From: Myxococcota bacterium
Lineage (GTDB): Bacteria > Myxococcota_A > Bradymonadia > UBA7976 > UBA1532
Assembly: GCA_036337435.1 (NCBI GenBank)
Contig: JAYZEG010000095.1
Location: forward strand, 1-64,000
Direction of reading: 5' to 3'
DNA length: 64,000 nucleotides
The notes under the pieces are model-generated. The model was not told where the DNA came from. It ran no database searches and worked only from the letters and a program-made list of their open reading frames with translations. Positions 18,559 to 28,192 of this stretch are shown here, piece by piece (within the stretch, counting starts at the first letter, position 1; each line of letters begins with the position of its first letter). The position numbers and the translations under genes are program-made.

Positions 18559-20070
18559 CTATCGGCAGGCATAATCCCGCCGAACACATTGCTTGGGAAT
18601 ATAGAATAGTTCAGGGTCGTCAACCAGCCGCGCGCAACGATATCCGTTGCCACACGCCGTATCATGTGTACACGCCACCCCACACATGCCGCCACCCCCG
18701 TAGCCCAGGCATAGATTTCCGCCAGCCCCACAATCGGCATCCTGAGTGCACGGGGTACATGCGACATCGGTACTGCCGTTCGGATTGAGTTGAGGATTGT
18801 TTGCAATTCCGTGGACACCATAATGGACGCTTTTGAATGCGGGTCGATTGACGCCTCTCAAAATCGCTTTCCAACTCAACGGTAGATGACGTCCTTCATC
18901 ATTGGTGAGAGTCATCCAATAAATAAATTCCCAAATGAGCTGAAAGCCTGCCGAAAACGGGGTTGTGTTGATGGTCGTGACAATATCGACATTCTCAAAG
19001 GTTTTCGTTGGATTGGCCATGATATCCCGGATGTATGTTCTGTAGGTCCGACATCCATCCATCAGATAGATTTGATATTTGTTCGCCATTGGAATCGACG
19101 CGAATTCCGATGCGCGAATCTCGTGTCGCGGTTGGTAATCCATAATAAAACCAGAGTTTTCCCCGGCATGTCCAGAATAGAGGACGATATCGCGTGTTGC
19201 CAAACTGGTCTTTATGGCATCGCTCAACAGGGCTTCATCGGCAGGTTCGACCATATCGGAATGAGAGATGTGCAGCTCCACTATGACCTGGCCGCCGTCA
19301 ATGTTGAGCGTCCTTTTGAACGGACCCGAGTCGATCTTCAAATCATCGAACTCTTTGACTGTGGGATGGGTCCAGTCCCCATCGACCAAAACACCCACCA
19401 GCCACTTCGCGGTCTCCAAGTCGAATCGCTCTTCATTGTAATCGCCGCCGAAGTGAATTCCGATATCGAGAACACCGTCCTCGAATAATTCTGCGTATCG
19501 TGGAAACGCATCTTTTGCTTCACTGCCTTTGACGTTTACGCCGATGGTCTCCGATACCCGTCCATTGTAATCGACGATATCGACCTCGAAGCGCCGTGTC
19601 TGTGCTCTGCCCGGCGCAAGCTTACTCATCAGGTAAACACTGCCGACAAAATCCAGCCGAAAGTCATATGCGATGCGGCCATCCGACCCGATTTCGAGGT
19701 TCTGGGATGACTGTGATTCACCGCGTCTAAAGTACGTAAAATAAGTTGCTTTCTCACCGGTCACACCGTTGTTGAACTCACTGAGGACAGCGTCGATGTG
19801 TTTTCGGACTGATCGCGACACGGTCATCAGGTGCCGATCGACACTTTTCTGGAGTGCTTGACCACGCGCTTCCCCGACCAGGTCATCAAAATTCTCCGGC
19901 AATTGGGCGTGTGCACGCCCCGTAATGGCATATTCGCGGGCGTTTGTGCTCACATAGTTATCGCCTCGTGCCTTCAGATCCGTCAGATCATGACCGTTGC
20001 TCTGATTCGTGTCTGGGAGTTGGTGACACCCAATCGTGAGCAACATGATGACCGTTATGAGTTTATGCAT
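18559..20070 (-). CDS. Hypothetical lipoprotein with C-terminal Cys-rich module
   Basis: Lipobox-like LLTIGC; central YSGHAG..MDGCRT; terminal 9-Cys region. ATG 20070 follows GGAG. Confidence 0.75.
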   Translation of the reverse strand: MHKLITVIMLLTIGCHQLPDTNQSNGHDLTDLKARGDNYVSTNAREYAITGRAHAQLPENFDDLVGEARGQALQKSVDRHLMTVSRSVRKHIDAVLSEFNNGVTGEKATYFTYFRRGESQSSQNLEIGSDGRIAYDFRLDFVGSVYLMSKLAPGRAQTRRFEVDIVDYNGRVSETIGVNVKGSEAKDAFPRYAELFEDGVLDIGIHFGGDYNEERFDLETAKWLVGVLVDGDWTHPTVKEFDDLKIDSGPFKRTLNIDGGQVIVELHISHSDMVEPADEALLSDAIKTSLATRDIVLYSGHAGENSGFIMDYQPRHEIRASEFASIPMANKYQIYLMDGCRTYRTYIRDIMANPTKTFENVDIVTTINTTPFSAGFQLIWEFIYWMTLTNDEGRHLPLSWKAILRGVNRPAFKSVHYGVHGIANNPQLNPNGSTDVACTPCTQDADCGAGGNLCLGYGGGGMCGVACTHDTACGNGYRCARLVDDPELFYIPKQCVRRDYACR

Positions 20071-20085
20071 TCTCGTCTCCACTGA

Positions 20086-20280
20086 ATACCCGTCGGCGTG
20101 GTTGTCCGGGGCTCGCGCGGGATGATATCACAGGTTCCACTTCGAAGGTGAAGTTTCCCTGGTCCGTGATGTGTAGAGCGCAGGCCAACCACGCTGTATC
20201 GCCGGCTGACCACACGCAGCTCTACATCACGTCAGGTCTCTCGTCGACCGCTTTGCGACCACCAACATGACTCGGGGTAT
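20086..20280. ncRNA. Candidate structured RNA (long imperfect hairpin) in an intergenic region
   Basis: CGTGAT-gt-GTAGAGC (20165-79) pairs with GCTCTACATCACG (20219-31). An inner 8-bp stem 20183-90/20204-11 pairs fully on the minus strand using G-U. Outer ATACCC/GGGTAT. Confidence 0.3.
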
Positions 20281-20308
20281 GGTCTCAAGGCTGACTCAGT
20301 GACTCTGG

Positions 20309-21811
20309 TTAAAGGCCAGAGCGTTTGTGGATCTCGGAATGGAAGTGTGCCAAAGGTGGGGCCAATGATGCTTCCAGGGCAAATTCCCAAGCCCAATGCC
20401 AGTGCTCAGTCAAATTGGGTTCCGCAAGCAAAGCCGTCAATTCGCCATCGGCATCGGAATAGGACTTACTCAATGAGAAAACATAGGCACGCGCGGCACA
20501 GCTCACCGCGACTGGAACCTTAAATGGCCCCGAGGTCAGCCGATTGATTTCAGACAGGTCGCCGTGCTCGACGGCGTGTCGAAACAATTGGCCCCACACA
20601 AAGTCGAGTGTTGGGTATACATCGAGATGCGCCCTGTAGAGCGCATGTATTTCCGCTTCGCTGTCTGCTGACGCAGCGTCTATCTGCAGTCGATAGAGTG
20701 CAAGCTCTGCGTCGTCATCGAGGTGCGAGAAAAGTGCTGATGCAGATTCGAAGTCTCCTTTTTCCATGTGCAGCCGGCACTCGATCTTCATGAGGTCATA
20801 GCGTTCTGGCCACGCTTCGCGGGCCTGCGCGACCATGCTCATCGCCTCATCTTGATGACCGTGTCTCGACATTAAGTCTGCCATTGCGATTTGCAGACTC
20901 AGAGAATCTGGCCACTGTTCTCTGTACTCTGCGAGCAGCTCGTATGTCATTTGAGGCCCCTCAGCGATCTCGACAAGCTGGCTCACGAAGTTTGCATGCA
21001 AACTGGTGCCTGCGACCAACCCATGGAGGGCATCCAACTGCTCTCGCGCCTGCGCTTGCTCTCCGCGCTGATGCGCGATGTGGAATAGCGCAAAGCGCCC
21101 ATAGAAGGAGCCTGGGTACAACGCCAGTGCCTGTTTAGCCGCGCTCTCCGCTGCCACCAAATCCGACGCAAAGACCGCATACATGGCCTCAACACCATGT
21201 AAGGTGTGACCTTGGGCGTTGAGGGCAATTTGTTCTCGGATTTTTGCACGTGCGGACGCGTAGTCGCCTGTATTTGCTATGGCTAAGGCCAAGTTGACAG
21301 AGCACGACCGTCGAGCCGGAAAGCGGTCGACCAATTCTTTCAACCGATGAACCTGCTCGGATGGACTCAATCGAGGATCCATGGCCGCTTCAGCGAGTAA
21401 ATCCGGATGCTCTGGGCTTAAATTGAGCCCGTCGTCTATCGCCTCGGTGGCTTTTGCCTCTTCACCTGCCAGTCCGAAGGCTGTGCTCAGAGCGAACCAA
21501 GCATAGCCACAACCGATGTCTGATTCGATTGCACTCTGGGCATATCGAATGGCATCGACGGCTTGATACCGGGCCTGTGCGATGTGAGAACGGACCGCCC
21601 AAAGCTCTGAATAATCACCATGGCTGAGCCCTTGTTGTGCCAGTTCATCGGCACCTGCATAATCACTCGTTTCCAAAAGCAATCTGGCGAGGGGACCATA
21701 GGCGGCCAGGAGACTGGGGTGCTCATCCACAATGGCAGAGTAAAGCACGACCGCTTGTCTAACCGCGTGTCTCTCATCGGCGGCATGCGCCGCTATCAGG
21801 CGTTCATCCAT
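20309..21811 (-). CDS. Tetratricopeptide-repeat protein
   Basis: Recurrent Ala/Leu-rich helical pairs ending in 'LxLxP'-type turns throughout 500 aa. Confidence 0.8.
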   Translation of the reverse strand: MDERLIAAHAADERHAVRQAVVLYSAIVDEHPSLLAAYGPLARLLLETSDYAGADELAQQGLSHGDYSELWAVRSHIAQARYQAVDAIRYAQSAIESDIGCGYAWFALSTAFGLAGEEAKATEAIDDGLNLSPEHPDLLAEAAMDPRLSPSEQVHRLKELVDRFPARRSCSVNLALAIANTGDYASARAKIREQIALNAQGHTLHGVEAMYAVFASDLVAAESAAKQALALYPGSFYGRFALFHIAHQRGEQAQAREQLDALHGLVAGTSLHANFVSQLVEIAEGPQMTYELLAEYREQWPDSLSLQIAMADLMSRHGHQDEAMSMVAQAREAWPERYDLMKIECRLHMEKGDFESASALFSHLDDDAELALYRLQIDAASADSEAEIHALYRAHLDVYPTLDFVWGQLFRHAVEHGDLSEINRLTSGPFKVPVAVSCAARAYVFSLSKSYSDADGELTALLAEPNLTEHWHWAWEFALEASLAPPLAHFHSEIHKRSGL

Positions 21812-21911
21812 AGGGGCTCGTCTGCTTTGTCGCTGGCGATGGAGGTGAGGATCAATCGTCTATGGCGTGAGCACACCCAATCGCTTTCACAGGGTGCTTT
21901 GACAATCACAA

Positions 21912-22541
21912 CTAGAGGTCGCAGAAGAAGGTCGAACCGGTTTCAATGGACACCGTGACCGATTCGTCGATGGGATTTCGAGGCGCTCCTTGTAGGTCTG
22001 TTTGAATGAGGTTTGAACAGGCGACATCGACGTTGAGTCGCGGTTCGTCATACGTGGTCGTTAGCGTGCATGTGCCGGTGTAATTGAACGGTTTCTCGCT
22101 ATCGACCTCTCGGTGCATTGCATAGCGATTCACTGAGGTTTCAGGGTCGGCTAGGGAAAGGGATACGCTGCATGAATCAAACTTATTTCCCACGGCGTCT
22201 TCAGCATTATCCGTGGCTTGTGTGCACGTGTAGGTGTTTGGCGTTGTTGAAAAGCCTTTCACTTTGATGTCGAGGGCGACACCGTTCGAACCGGTGAATC
22301 GGCCAGAAAAGAAGCCTGTATCAGAGTCGTTTTCGCATTCAGCCGCGGTCATAATGATCTCGCCGCCTTCACAGGGTGGGTTTTCTGCGTCACCGCATCC
22401 GGCTTCGTCTAGAGAAGACGCCACTTGCAACTTGACATATTCCACGACCGTTTCTGAGTTGCCCTCATCACCCAGTCCACATGCTGTGAAGCTGATCGCA
22501 GTTGTGCATAGAACAAGGAGGGGAATGCGTGTATTGATCAT
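21912..22541 (-). CDS. Hypothetical lipoprotein
   Basis: Hydrophobic N-terminus with SFTAC lipobox; beta-rich with several Cys; AAGGA RBS. Confidence 0.75.
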   Translation of the reverse strand: MINTRIPLLVLCTTAISFTACGLGDEGNSETVVEYVKLQVASSLDEAGCGDAENPPCEGGEIIMTAAECENDSDTGFFSGRFTGSNGVALDIKVKGFSTTPNTYTCTQATDNAEDAVGNKFDSCSVSLSLADPETSVNRYAMHREVDSEKPFNYTGTCTLTTTYDEPRLNVDVACSNLIQTDLQGAPRNPIDESVTVSIETGSTFFCDL

Positions 22542-22894
22542 TGTTTTGTTCCTTTGATTCTGTTCTCAGTATTTCGACCACGTGAGGATAGAAAGTTCCC
22601 GGAGCCTGATGCAAGTGTATTTCGCGCCATGTCGCTAAATGTGTCATCCCTTCGCGAGTCAATTCCATTCGGTTTGCGGTGGGGCACGGGTCGATTTGGA
22701 GCTGACGCTAAGATTTCTGGACCAATATGGGTATTACGACCACCCGTGGTCACATCACGCGTATAGGTCTGATCGAACACGAGTCTGATTATTTTTCTTC
22801 GATAGATGCATCCCGTCGTTGGTTTCGCTAATCTATGAATGCCTGCCCATGTGGCCTGGTCAATTTGATGAACGAATGTGTGGAGTAACGCTCG

Positions 22895-23419
22895 ATGGCA
22901 ACCGCGAGTCGACTGATCGAAATCCTAAAAGAAACCGCAAAACGGCTTGAATCCGGCGCGACCTACCGCTGGACGCACCAGGGCAGATGTAACTGTGGGC
23001 ATTTGGCGCAGACCATCACCGGTATGAGCCCCGATGATATCCATCAAATCGCCCTCACTGGAGAGGGAGAGTGGCGCGATCATGCGCAGACATTCTGTGA
23101 AAACAGCGGTCTGGCCGTCGATGACCTGATCACCCAACTCTTAAACGCGGGTTTGACCATCGAGGAGTTGGGTCACCTCGAGTGGCTATCCGACCCTGAG
23201 GTGCTCAGGTGGGTTCCAAGCGCACAGCTACCCCTCGACTACAAACGCCGATCTGACGTCGTGGCGTACTTCAAGACCTGGGCCAAAGTGCTTGCCGCCG
23301 AGGAAGAACTACGTCGAAATCCGGCAGCCAATGTGGAACTCAATGGCCGTCCCTATGTCCGCCGCTTCAGAGCGGAAACCGCGCTGGATGAAAATCCCGT
23401 CTCCGGCCGAGCCGCCTAG
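22895..23419 (+). CDS. Hypothetical protein with GxCNCGHLAQ motif
   Basis: 174-aa ORF with a GGAG RBS and protein-like composition; motif YRWTHQGRCNCGHLAQT. Confidence 0.75.
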   Translation: MATASRLIEILKETAKRLESGATYRWTHQGRCNCGHLAQTITGMSPDDIHQIALTGEGEWRDHAQTFCENSGLAVDDLITQLLNAGLTIEELGHLEWLSDPEVLRWVPSAQLPLDYKRRSDVVAYFKTWAKVLAAEEELRRNPAANVELNGRPYVRRFRAETALDENPVSGRAA

Positions 23420-23571
23420 CAGTTGCGTCACCCCGCCAGTCAACGAGCCGAGAGCTGACTTCGCAGTCCGAGTGACCGACACCAATAAGGTGCATTTGGG
23501 TTGAGCTTTCGTGGGTTTGTTGGACGAAGAGGTCTCGTTAAGGGTACTGTGTAGTCTCTTGGGGGTCCACG

Positions 23572-26500
23572 ATGGGGATGGTGCGCGTGTTGACGACGAA
23601 TGACTTGATTCGCTTACTGGGTTTGTGTGCGCTCCTGTTTTTTTGTGGCGCGTGCTCCCAGACATCCCGACATCAGACGGTCACCACACAGGATACCAAG
23701 ACAATTGTCGAGGGCACCAAGGAAGACAATTATCCAACGATTGGTGCATTGACGCTGTTGATGCCCGAAGACGACTACACCGGGAGCTTCTGCACCGGAA
23801 CCTTGATCGATCCACAGTGGGTGCTCACCGCTGCCCACTGCATCGAGGGGGGGTATGGCCGAATGGGCAATCGGCCTGGTGCCCCAGATGATACATGGTT
23901 CCATTTCTTTGTGGGGACGAGGGCAAACCGTCGAGCGACGGGTCGACTCCATCGGGTGGATGAGGTGTTCATCCACCCAGCCTATGGTCAGCGAGGCGGA
24001 AAACGTTTTTATGACATCGCTTTGATGAGGCTGGAAGAGCCCATCGACGATGTTCCAAGTTTTCCGATATTCCGCGACTCTCTTGTCGAGCACCAAGGTG
24101 CCGAGCTCTTTTATGCAGGCTTTGGCATGACCAATCCTGAAGACCCCGGTTCCAGCGAAGTGAAGTATTCTAAAACGCTCGTATTAGACGCGGTCTACAC
24201 AAGAACATACGTGACCCGACAGCAAAATGGTGGGGTGTGTTTCGGGGACTCGGGTGGCCCAGGCTTGCTGACCATCGACGGTGTTCAATACGTTGTAGGG
24301 GTCAATAGTGCGGCCATCGGTCAAGCTGTATGCCGAGGTTGGAGTAGCCAGATCCGTGTTGATGCCTTCAGAAGTTGGATCGACAGCGTCATGGAACGCG
24401 GCGAGTCATGCCTAGACCGGCCAGGCTTGTGTGAGTGCCAGGCTGCCTGTGGCAATGATGGTATCTGTGATAACGGCGTTTGCCTTGATACCACGTGTGG
24501 AGAGACTTTCGGCTGTTTACAAAATTGTGACTCGCCAGCATGCCAATTTGGGTGTTTTGCGCAATTGGACCGACTGGAATATTTCCTGTTTGAGCACTTC
24601 TATGCATGCATCGATGCAAACTGTCCTGGAGGGAATGATCAATGTGTTCGTTCGGCCTGTCGACGCGAATTGTTCGCTTGCCAAGTCGGCGTTGATAATG
24701 CTGTCGGAGATGGTGCATGCGATGATGTATACCGCTGTGTGAGTGGCTGTGATCGTCTGTCTTGTGTTGATGGCTGCTATCGAACTGGGACATTAAATGC
24801 CCAGGCGGCCTACGATCCCGTTGAAGATTGTTTACAGCAGGAGTGTGGAGATGCCGAGGGAGAAGACCTGCTCAGTCAATGTATCTCGCGGAACTGCCGC
24901 AATGAGCTGTTGTCCTGCATGCCAAATGATCGGTGTCGTCTGGTCGGTGGTGATTGCGATTCGGAGTCGGCCTGCGTACCCGATGTGTGGGGGGCGACCT
25001 ATTGCCGTCCAACCGAAGGCCGAGCCGTTGGTGCGCCCTGTGAAATTGGTTCGACGGTGTGCGCTGATGGCACCCTGTGTTTGGGCGGTCCTGATGGCAG
25101 TTTTTGCCATGAAATTTGTGTGACGCGAGGCGATTGTACCGACTCGCCGGGGCCATGCATGCGTTCGGTCAAACCCGGCGCCCCATTTCCCCTCGGCGTG
25201 TGTGAGGGAAGCTGTCTTGATACCGATGGTGACACGGCCTGTGATCCAGACGATTGCGACCCCTTAGACCCAGCCCGACATCCGGGTCATATGGAGGTTT
25301 GTGATAATGAAACCGACGACGATTGCGACGGCACCGTCGATGAAAACTGTGCTGTATGCGTCGATGGTGACGAGGACGGCGTATGTGCAGATGAAGACTG
25401 CGATGACAATAATGCGGAGTTAGGGCAAGCCAGTGATGAGGTCTGTGGGGACGACATCGACAATGATTGCAATGGCTTTGTAGACGAAACATGCCCGGGC
25501 CCAATCGTGCCCGACATGGCTGCGCCTGACATGGATATTAGACCTGATTCCGAGCCGGACGCGACGCCCGTGACCGTTGATCAAGCTGAAACCAAGAATT
25601 CAGGTGCGGGCTGTGCATGTAACGCATCGTCCGATGGTGGCCATACACCAGCCACCTTGGTCGGCCTACTGGTGATTCTCGCCGGATTTCGGCGACCGCA
25701 TCGACTGCGCTCTAAACAATTGGTTATCGGTGCGATCGTGGCCCTCTCATTCCTGAGTGGATGTATTCGAGAAGAGAACATTGATCGTTGGTTTGATTCA
25801 GGCGTTGAGGCTGACCTTACCGTTGACTCTGCGGCCGTTGATGCGTTTATAAGTCTCGATGGTGAGCCGACAGACGAAGACGTGATGCAGCCGGTGCCCT
25901 CCCTCGACATGACGGTCATGACGGACACCTCCCTGGACATGGAGCTCGATGCCGTTCCGCCTGCCGTTATAGATGCAGCCGGTATGGCCGATATGACCAC
26001 TGCGCCGCCGACCATTAAGAGAATTCAGCAAGGTCAAGTCCAGGTCCTCCAACAGATTTCTTTGACCGATGTCATTGTCGCGTCACCGATTTGGCGGGGC
26101 GGTTTTTTTATCAGTGACCAGACCGCTGAGGCATACAGTGGGTTATGGGTCCAGAATGATTCTCGGGTGAGCACAGGCACGTTAGCACCCGGACAGATGA
26201 TTACCCTGACGGGTTACGCCGAAGAATTTGCCGTCAACAACGGGGGCGAGATGGCCGACCCTGAGGCACAGCGGACCATCGACACCAGAACCCAATTTCA
26301 AATCGAATCGTTCGAAGTGCAAGACCCAGATGACCTCAATCCATTACCTGAACCCATCGAACTCACCTTAGGCGAGGTGTCTATTCCAGATATCGCAGAA
26401 CTGTATGAAGGGGTTCTGATCGCTCTCAACGATGTCTCCGTCACAGGCTTATCTAGGCCGATATTTGAACTCAACGGTGCCATCGATGTTGATCCACGAC

Positions 26501-27090
26501 ATATTGAAGGCACCGATGGATGGCTTGTTGATGGCGTCGAGTTTGACCGGATCGTGGGTATCCTTGACTTCGCGGCCAATTCTTATCGACTGGTGCCCCG
26601 GGCCGCCGATGATATGCCGCGACCACCCGTTGATCTCGATGGCTGCATCCCCATGGGTGAATTTTATGCCTTTTGCGCTGAGGGATTTGGGTGGAGACGA
26701 TGTATCGATGAGTGTCTGCGTCGGGGTGGCCGCTTGGTGGTCCTTGAAACTCCGGAAGAGAACACGCGCGTCGGCGAGTTAGTGAGCCAATGGCACGGTG
26801 GATCCTTTTGGATTGGCTTGGGCGACCAAATGACCGAAGGGGAATTCGTTTGGATCGATGGTCAACCGTTGGACTATTCCGGCTGGGCGGACAACGAACC
26901 CAATGATTATGGCAACGGTGAAGATTGCGCCGAAAGCAATTGGCGAGGCATCGGCGTATGGAATGATGGCCGTTGCGGTGGTCGCAGGCCGTTTGTTTGT
27001 GAGTTCGTCGATGGCGTTCCGCCTTGTCGGAACAATGAAGATTGCGGCGGCGCGCAATGCGACGATGGTCGATGCATACCCACTCCCTGA
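23572..27090 (+). CDS. Multidomain exported protein: S1 serine protease, Cys-rich and MopE-like repeats, internal MYXO-CTERM-like segment, beta-rich domain, C-type lectin
   Basis: Catalytic triad TAAHC / YDIAL / GDSGGP; DCD..EVC..DxDCxGxVDE repeats; GCAC..TM..RR at aa ~680-710; WIGL, EPN and WND lectin motifs. Confidence 0.9.
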   Translation: MGMVRVLTTNDLIRLLGLCALLFFCGACSQTSRHQTVTTQDTKTIVEGTKEDNYPTIGALTLLMPEDDYTGSFCTGTLIDPQWVLTAAHCIEGGYGRMGNRPGAPDDTWFHFFVGTRANRRATGRLHRVDEVFIHPAYGQRGGKRFYDIALMRLEEPIDDVPSFPIFRDSLVEHQGAELFYAGFGMTNPEDPGSSEVKYSKTLVLDAVYTRTYVTRQQNGGVCFGDSGGPGLLTIDGVQYVVGVNSAAIGQAVCRGWSSQIRVDAFRSWIDSVMERGESCLDRPGLCECQAACGNDGICDNGVCLDTTCGETFGCLQNCDSPACQFGCFAQLDRLEYFLFEHFYACIDANCPGGNDQCVRSACRRELFACQVGVDNAVGDGACDDVYRCVSGCDRLSCVDGCYRTGTLNAQAAYDPVEDCLQQECGDAEGEDLLSQCISRNCRNELLSCMPNDRCRLVGGDCDSESACVPDVWGATYCRPTEGRAVGAPCEIGSTVCADGTLCLGGPDGSFCHEICVTRGDCTDSPGPCMRSVKPGAPFPLGVCEGSCLDTDGDTACDPDDCDPLDPARHPGHMEVCDNETDDDCDGTVDENCAVCVDGDEDGVCADEDCDDNNAELGQASDEVCGDDIDNDCNGFVDETCPGPIVPDMAAPDMDIRPDSEPDATPVTVDQAETKNSGAGCACNASSDGGHTPATLVGLLVILAGFRRPHRLRSKQLVIGAIVALSFLSGCIREENIDRWFDSGVEADLTVDSAAVDAFISLDGEPTDEDVMQPVPSLDMTVMTDTSLDMELDAVPPAVIDAAGMADMTTAPPTIKRIQQGQVQVLQQISLTDVIVASPIWRGGFFISDQTAEAYSGLWVQNDSRVSTGTLAPGQMITLTGYAEEFAVNNGGEMADPEAQRTIDTRTQFQIESFEVQDPDDLNPLPEPIELTLGEVSIPDIAELYEGVLIALNDVSVTGLSRPIFELNGAIDVDPRHIEGTDGWLVDGVEFDRIVGILDFAANSYRLVPRAADDMPRPPVDLDGCIPMGEFYAFCAEGFGWRRCIDECLRRGGRLVVLETPEENTRVGELVSQWHGGSFWIGLGDQMTEGEFVWIDGQPLDYSGWADNEPNDYGNGEDCAESNWRGIGVWNDGRCGGRRPFVCEFVDGVPPCRNNEDCGGAQCDDGRCIPTP

Positions 27091-27195
27091 CGCACTCGTT
27101 TGAGTCGTGCGCATGAGATGCGGACGTCGTTTGCAGGGCAACGGCTTTGACCGGCTTGATGGGGTCACTGTCCGCAGGCATAGCCAGGATACCCA

Positions 27196-27992
27196 TTGCG
27201 GTCTGTTACTCGGGTCGATGGATTCTTGACTGCATTCGAACAGCACTGGCTTGAATTCATCTGTTCTTCATTGTCCTCAGTGGGCCCGGCGGGTGCGTCT
27301 CTGCATGAGACGTCGTCCCTTTTTTGTCGACGTGGCTTTTCTGAGATCCGGTCAGTGAGACACCTGTCCATTGGAAAACGACCATTCAGGCGGCATCGGA
27401 AGAGTCTGGACTAGGTGTGGTTTTAGCCCCGTGCTTTCAATGCCCGACTTTAGCTCACCGACCGACAGTGTCTTGTATGGTCTTGCCGCGACCAGTGGCT
27501 GTGCTGTCGTTGAAAGTGTCATCTTTTTCATCAACGCGTTCCAGAGCGAGGGCAGGCTGATTTGGTGAGAGACAGTCCGTCTGCGTCTGGGGCCTCCATT
27601 GTTATCCATGGCAGATGCACTGCCGGTGTGGGCTTGTACCTGGGTGTCAGTCATTGGGTGTCTGATCGGTGGTTGACCTTGGTTTTTTTCACAATCGGCT
27701 GGACCGTCGCAAAAGCGGCACAGTCGACTTGGACTGCTATACTGGAGACGAGCAGCATCGCCGTTCAGACAGGCTACACAGACTTGGCTTATCTGTTCTT
27801 AGTTTGTTTTTTGTCACCGGCATGACCCTGCTGATGCTGGCTGTTCAGTTCGCAGCGTCGTTCTTGAAACGAGAGCGTCTGGTGGACGTTAAAAGGGGAT
27901 CACATCGGTACAGTGGAACGTCTTTACAGGTCCCACCTCAAGACGGTCGCACCAATGGCTGCCAAAGAATGGGTCGAGAACCCGGATGGTAA
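27196..27992 (+). pseudogene. Possible decayed membrane-protein gene
   Basis: A 1.1-kb gap without a credible long ORF. Consecutive short hydrophobic + strand ORFs lie in different frames (27371-27568, 27562-27825, 27669-27992). Confidence 0.25.
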
Positions 27993-28192
27993 GGCGTACC
28001 CGCCATTTGGCCCAGGCAAGACGACGAACCCGCCGGACAGATGGTGGTGCCGATGAGTCCATTGAGATGCAGAGGGCGCAACTCTGAGCCACGAAAGAGC
28101 ATCAAGGTGCGAACAAACCGGAGTTTGTCTCGAGAACGGAGTCACCGTGCCTGTCGATAGAGTTGTATTGGTTAATGTAGTATAAGCCCCGT

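Noticed and set aside
20086..20280. Assignment as 6S or SRP RNA
   Set aside because: The size suits 6S, but the bubble is very asymmetric, the usual neighbours are absent and the SRP loop motif is not seen. Kept only as an unnamed candidate.
27371..27802. TGA read-through in the 27-kb gap
   Set aside because: The read-through product has no Cys-like motif context or convincing hairpin and soon meets TAG.
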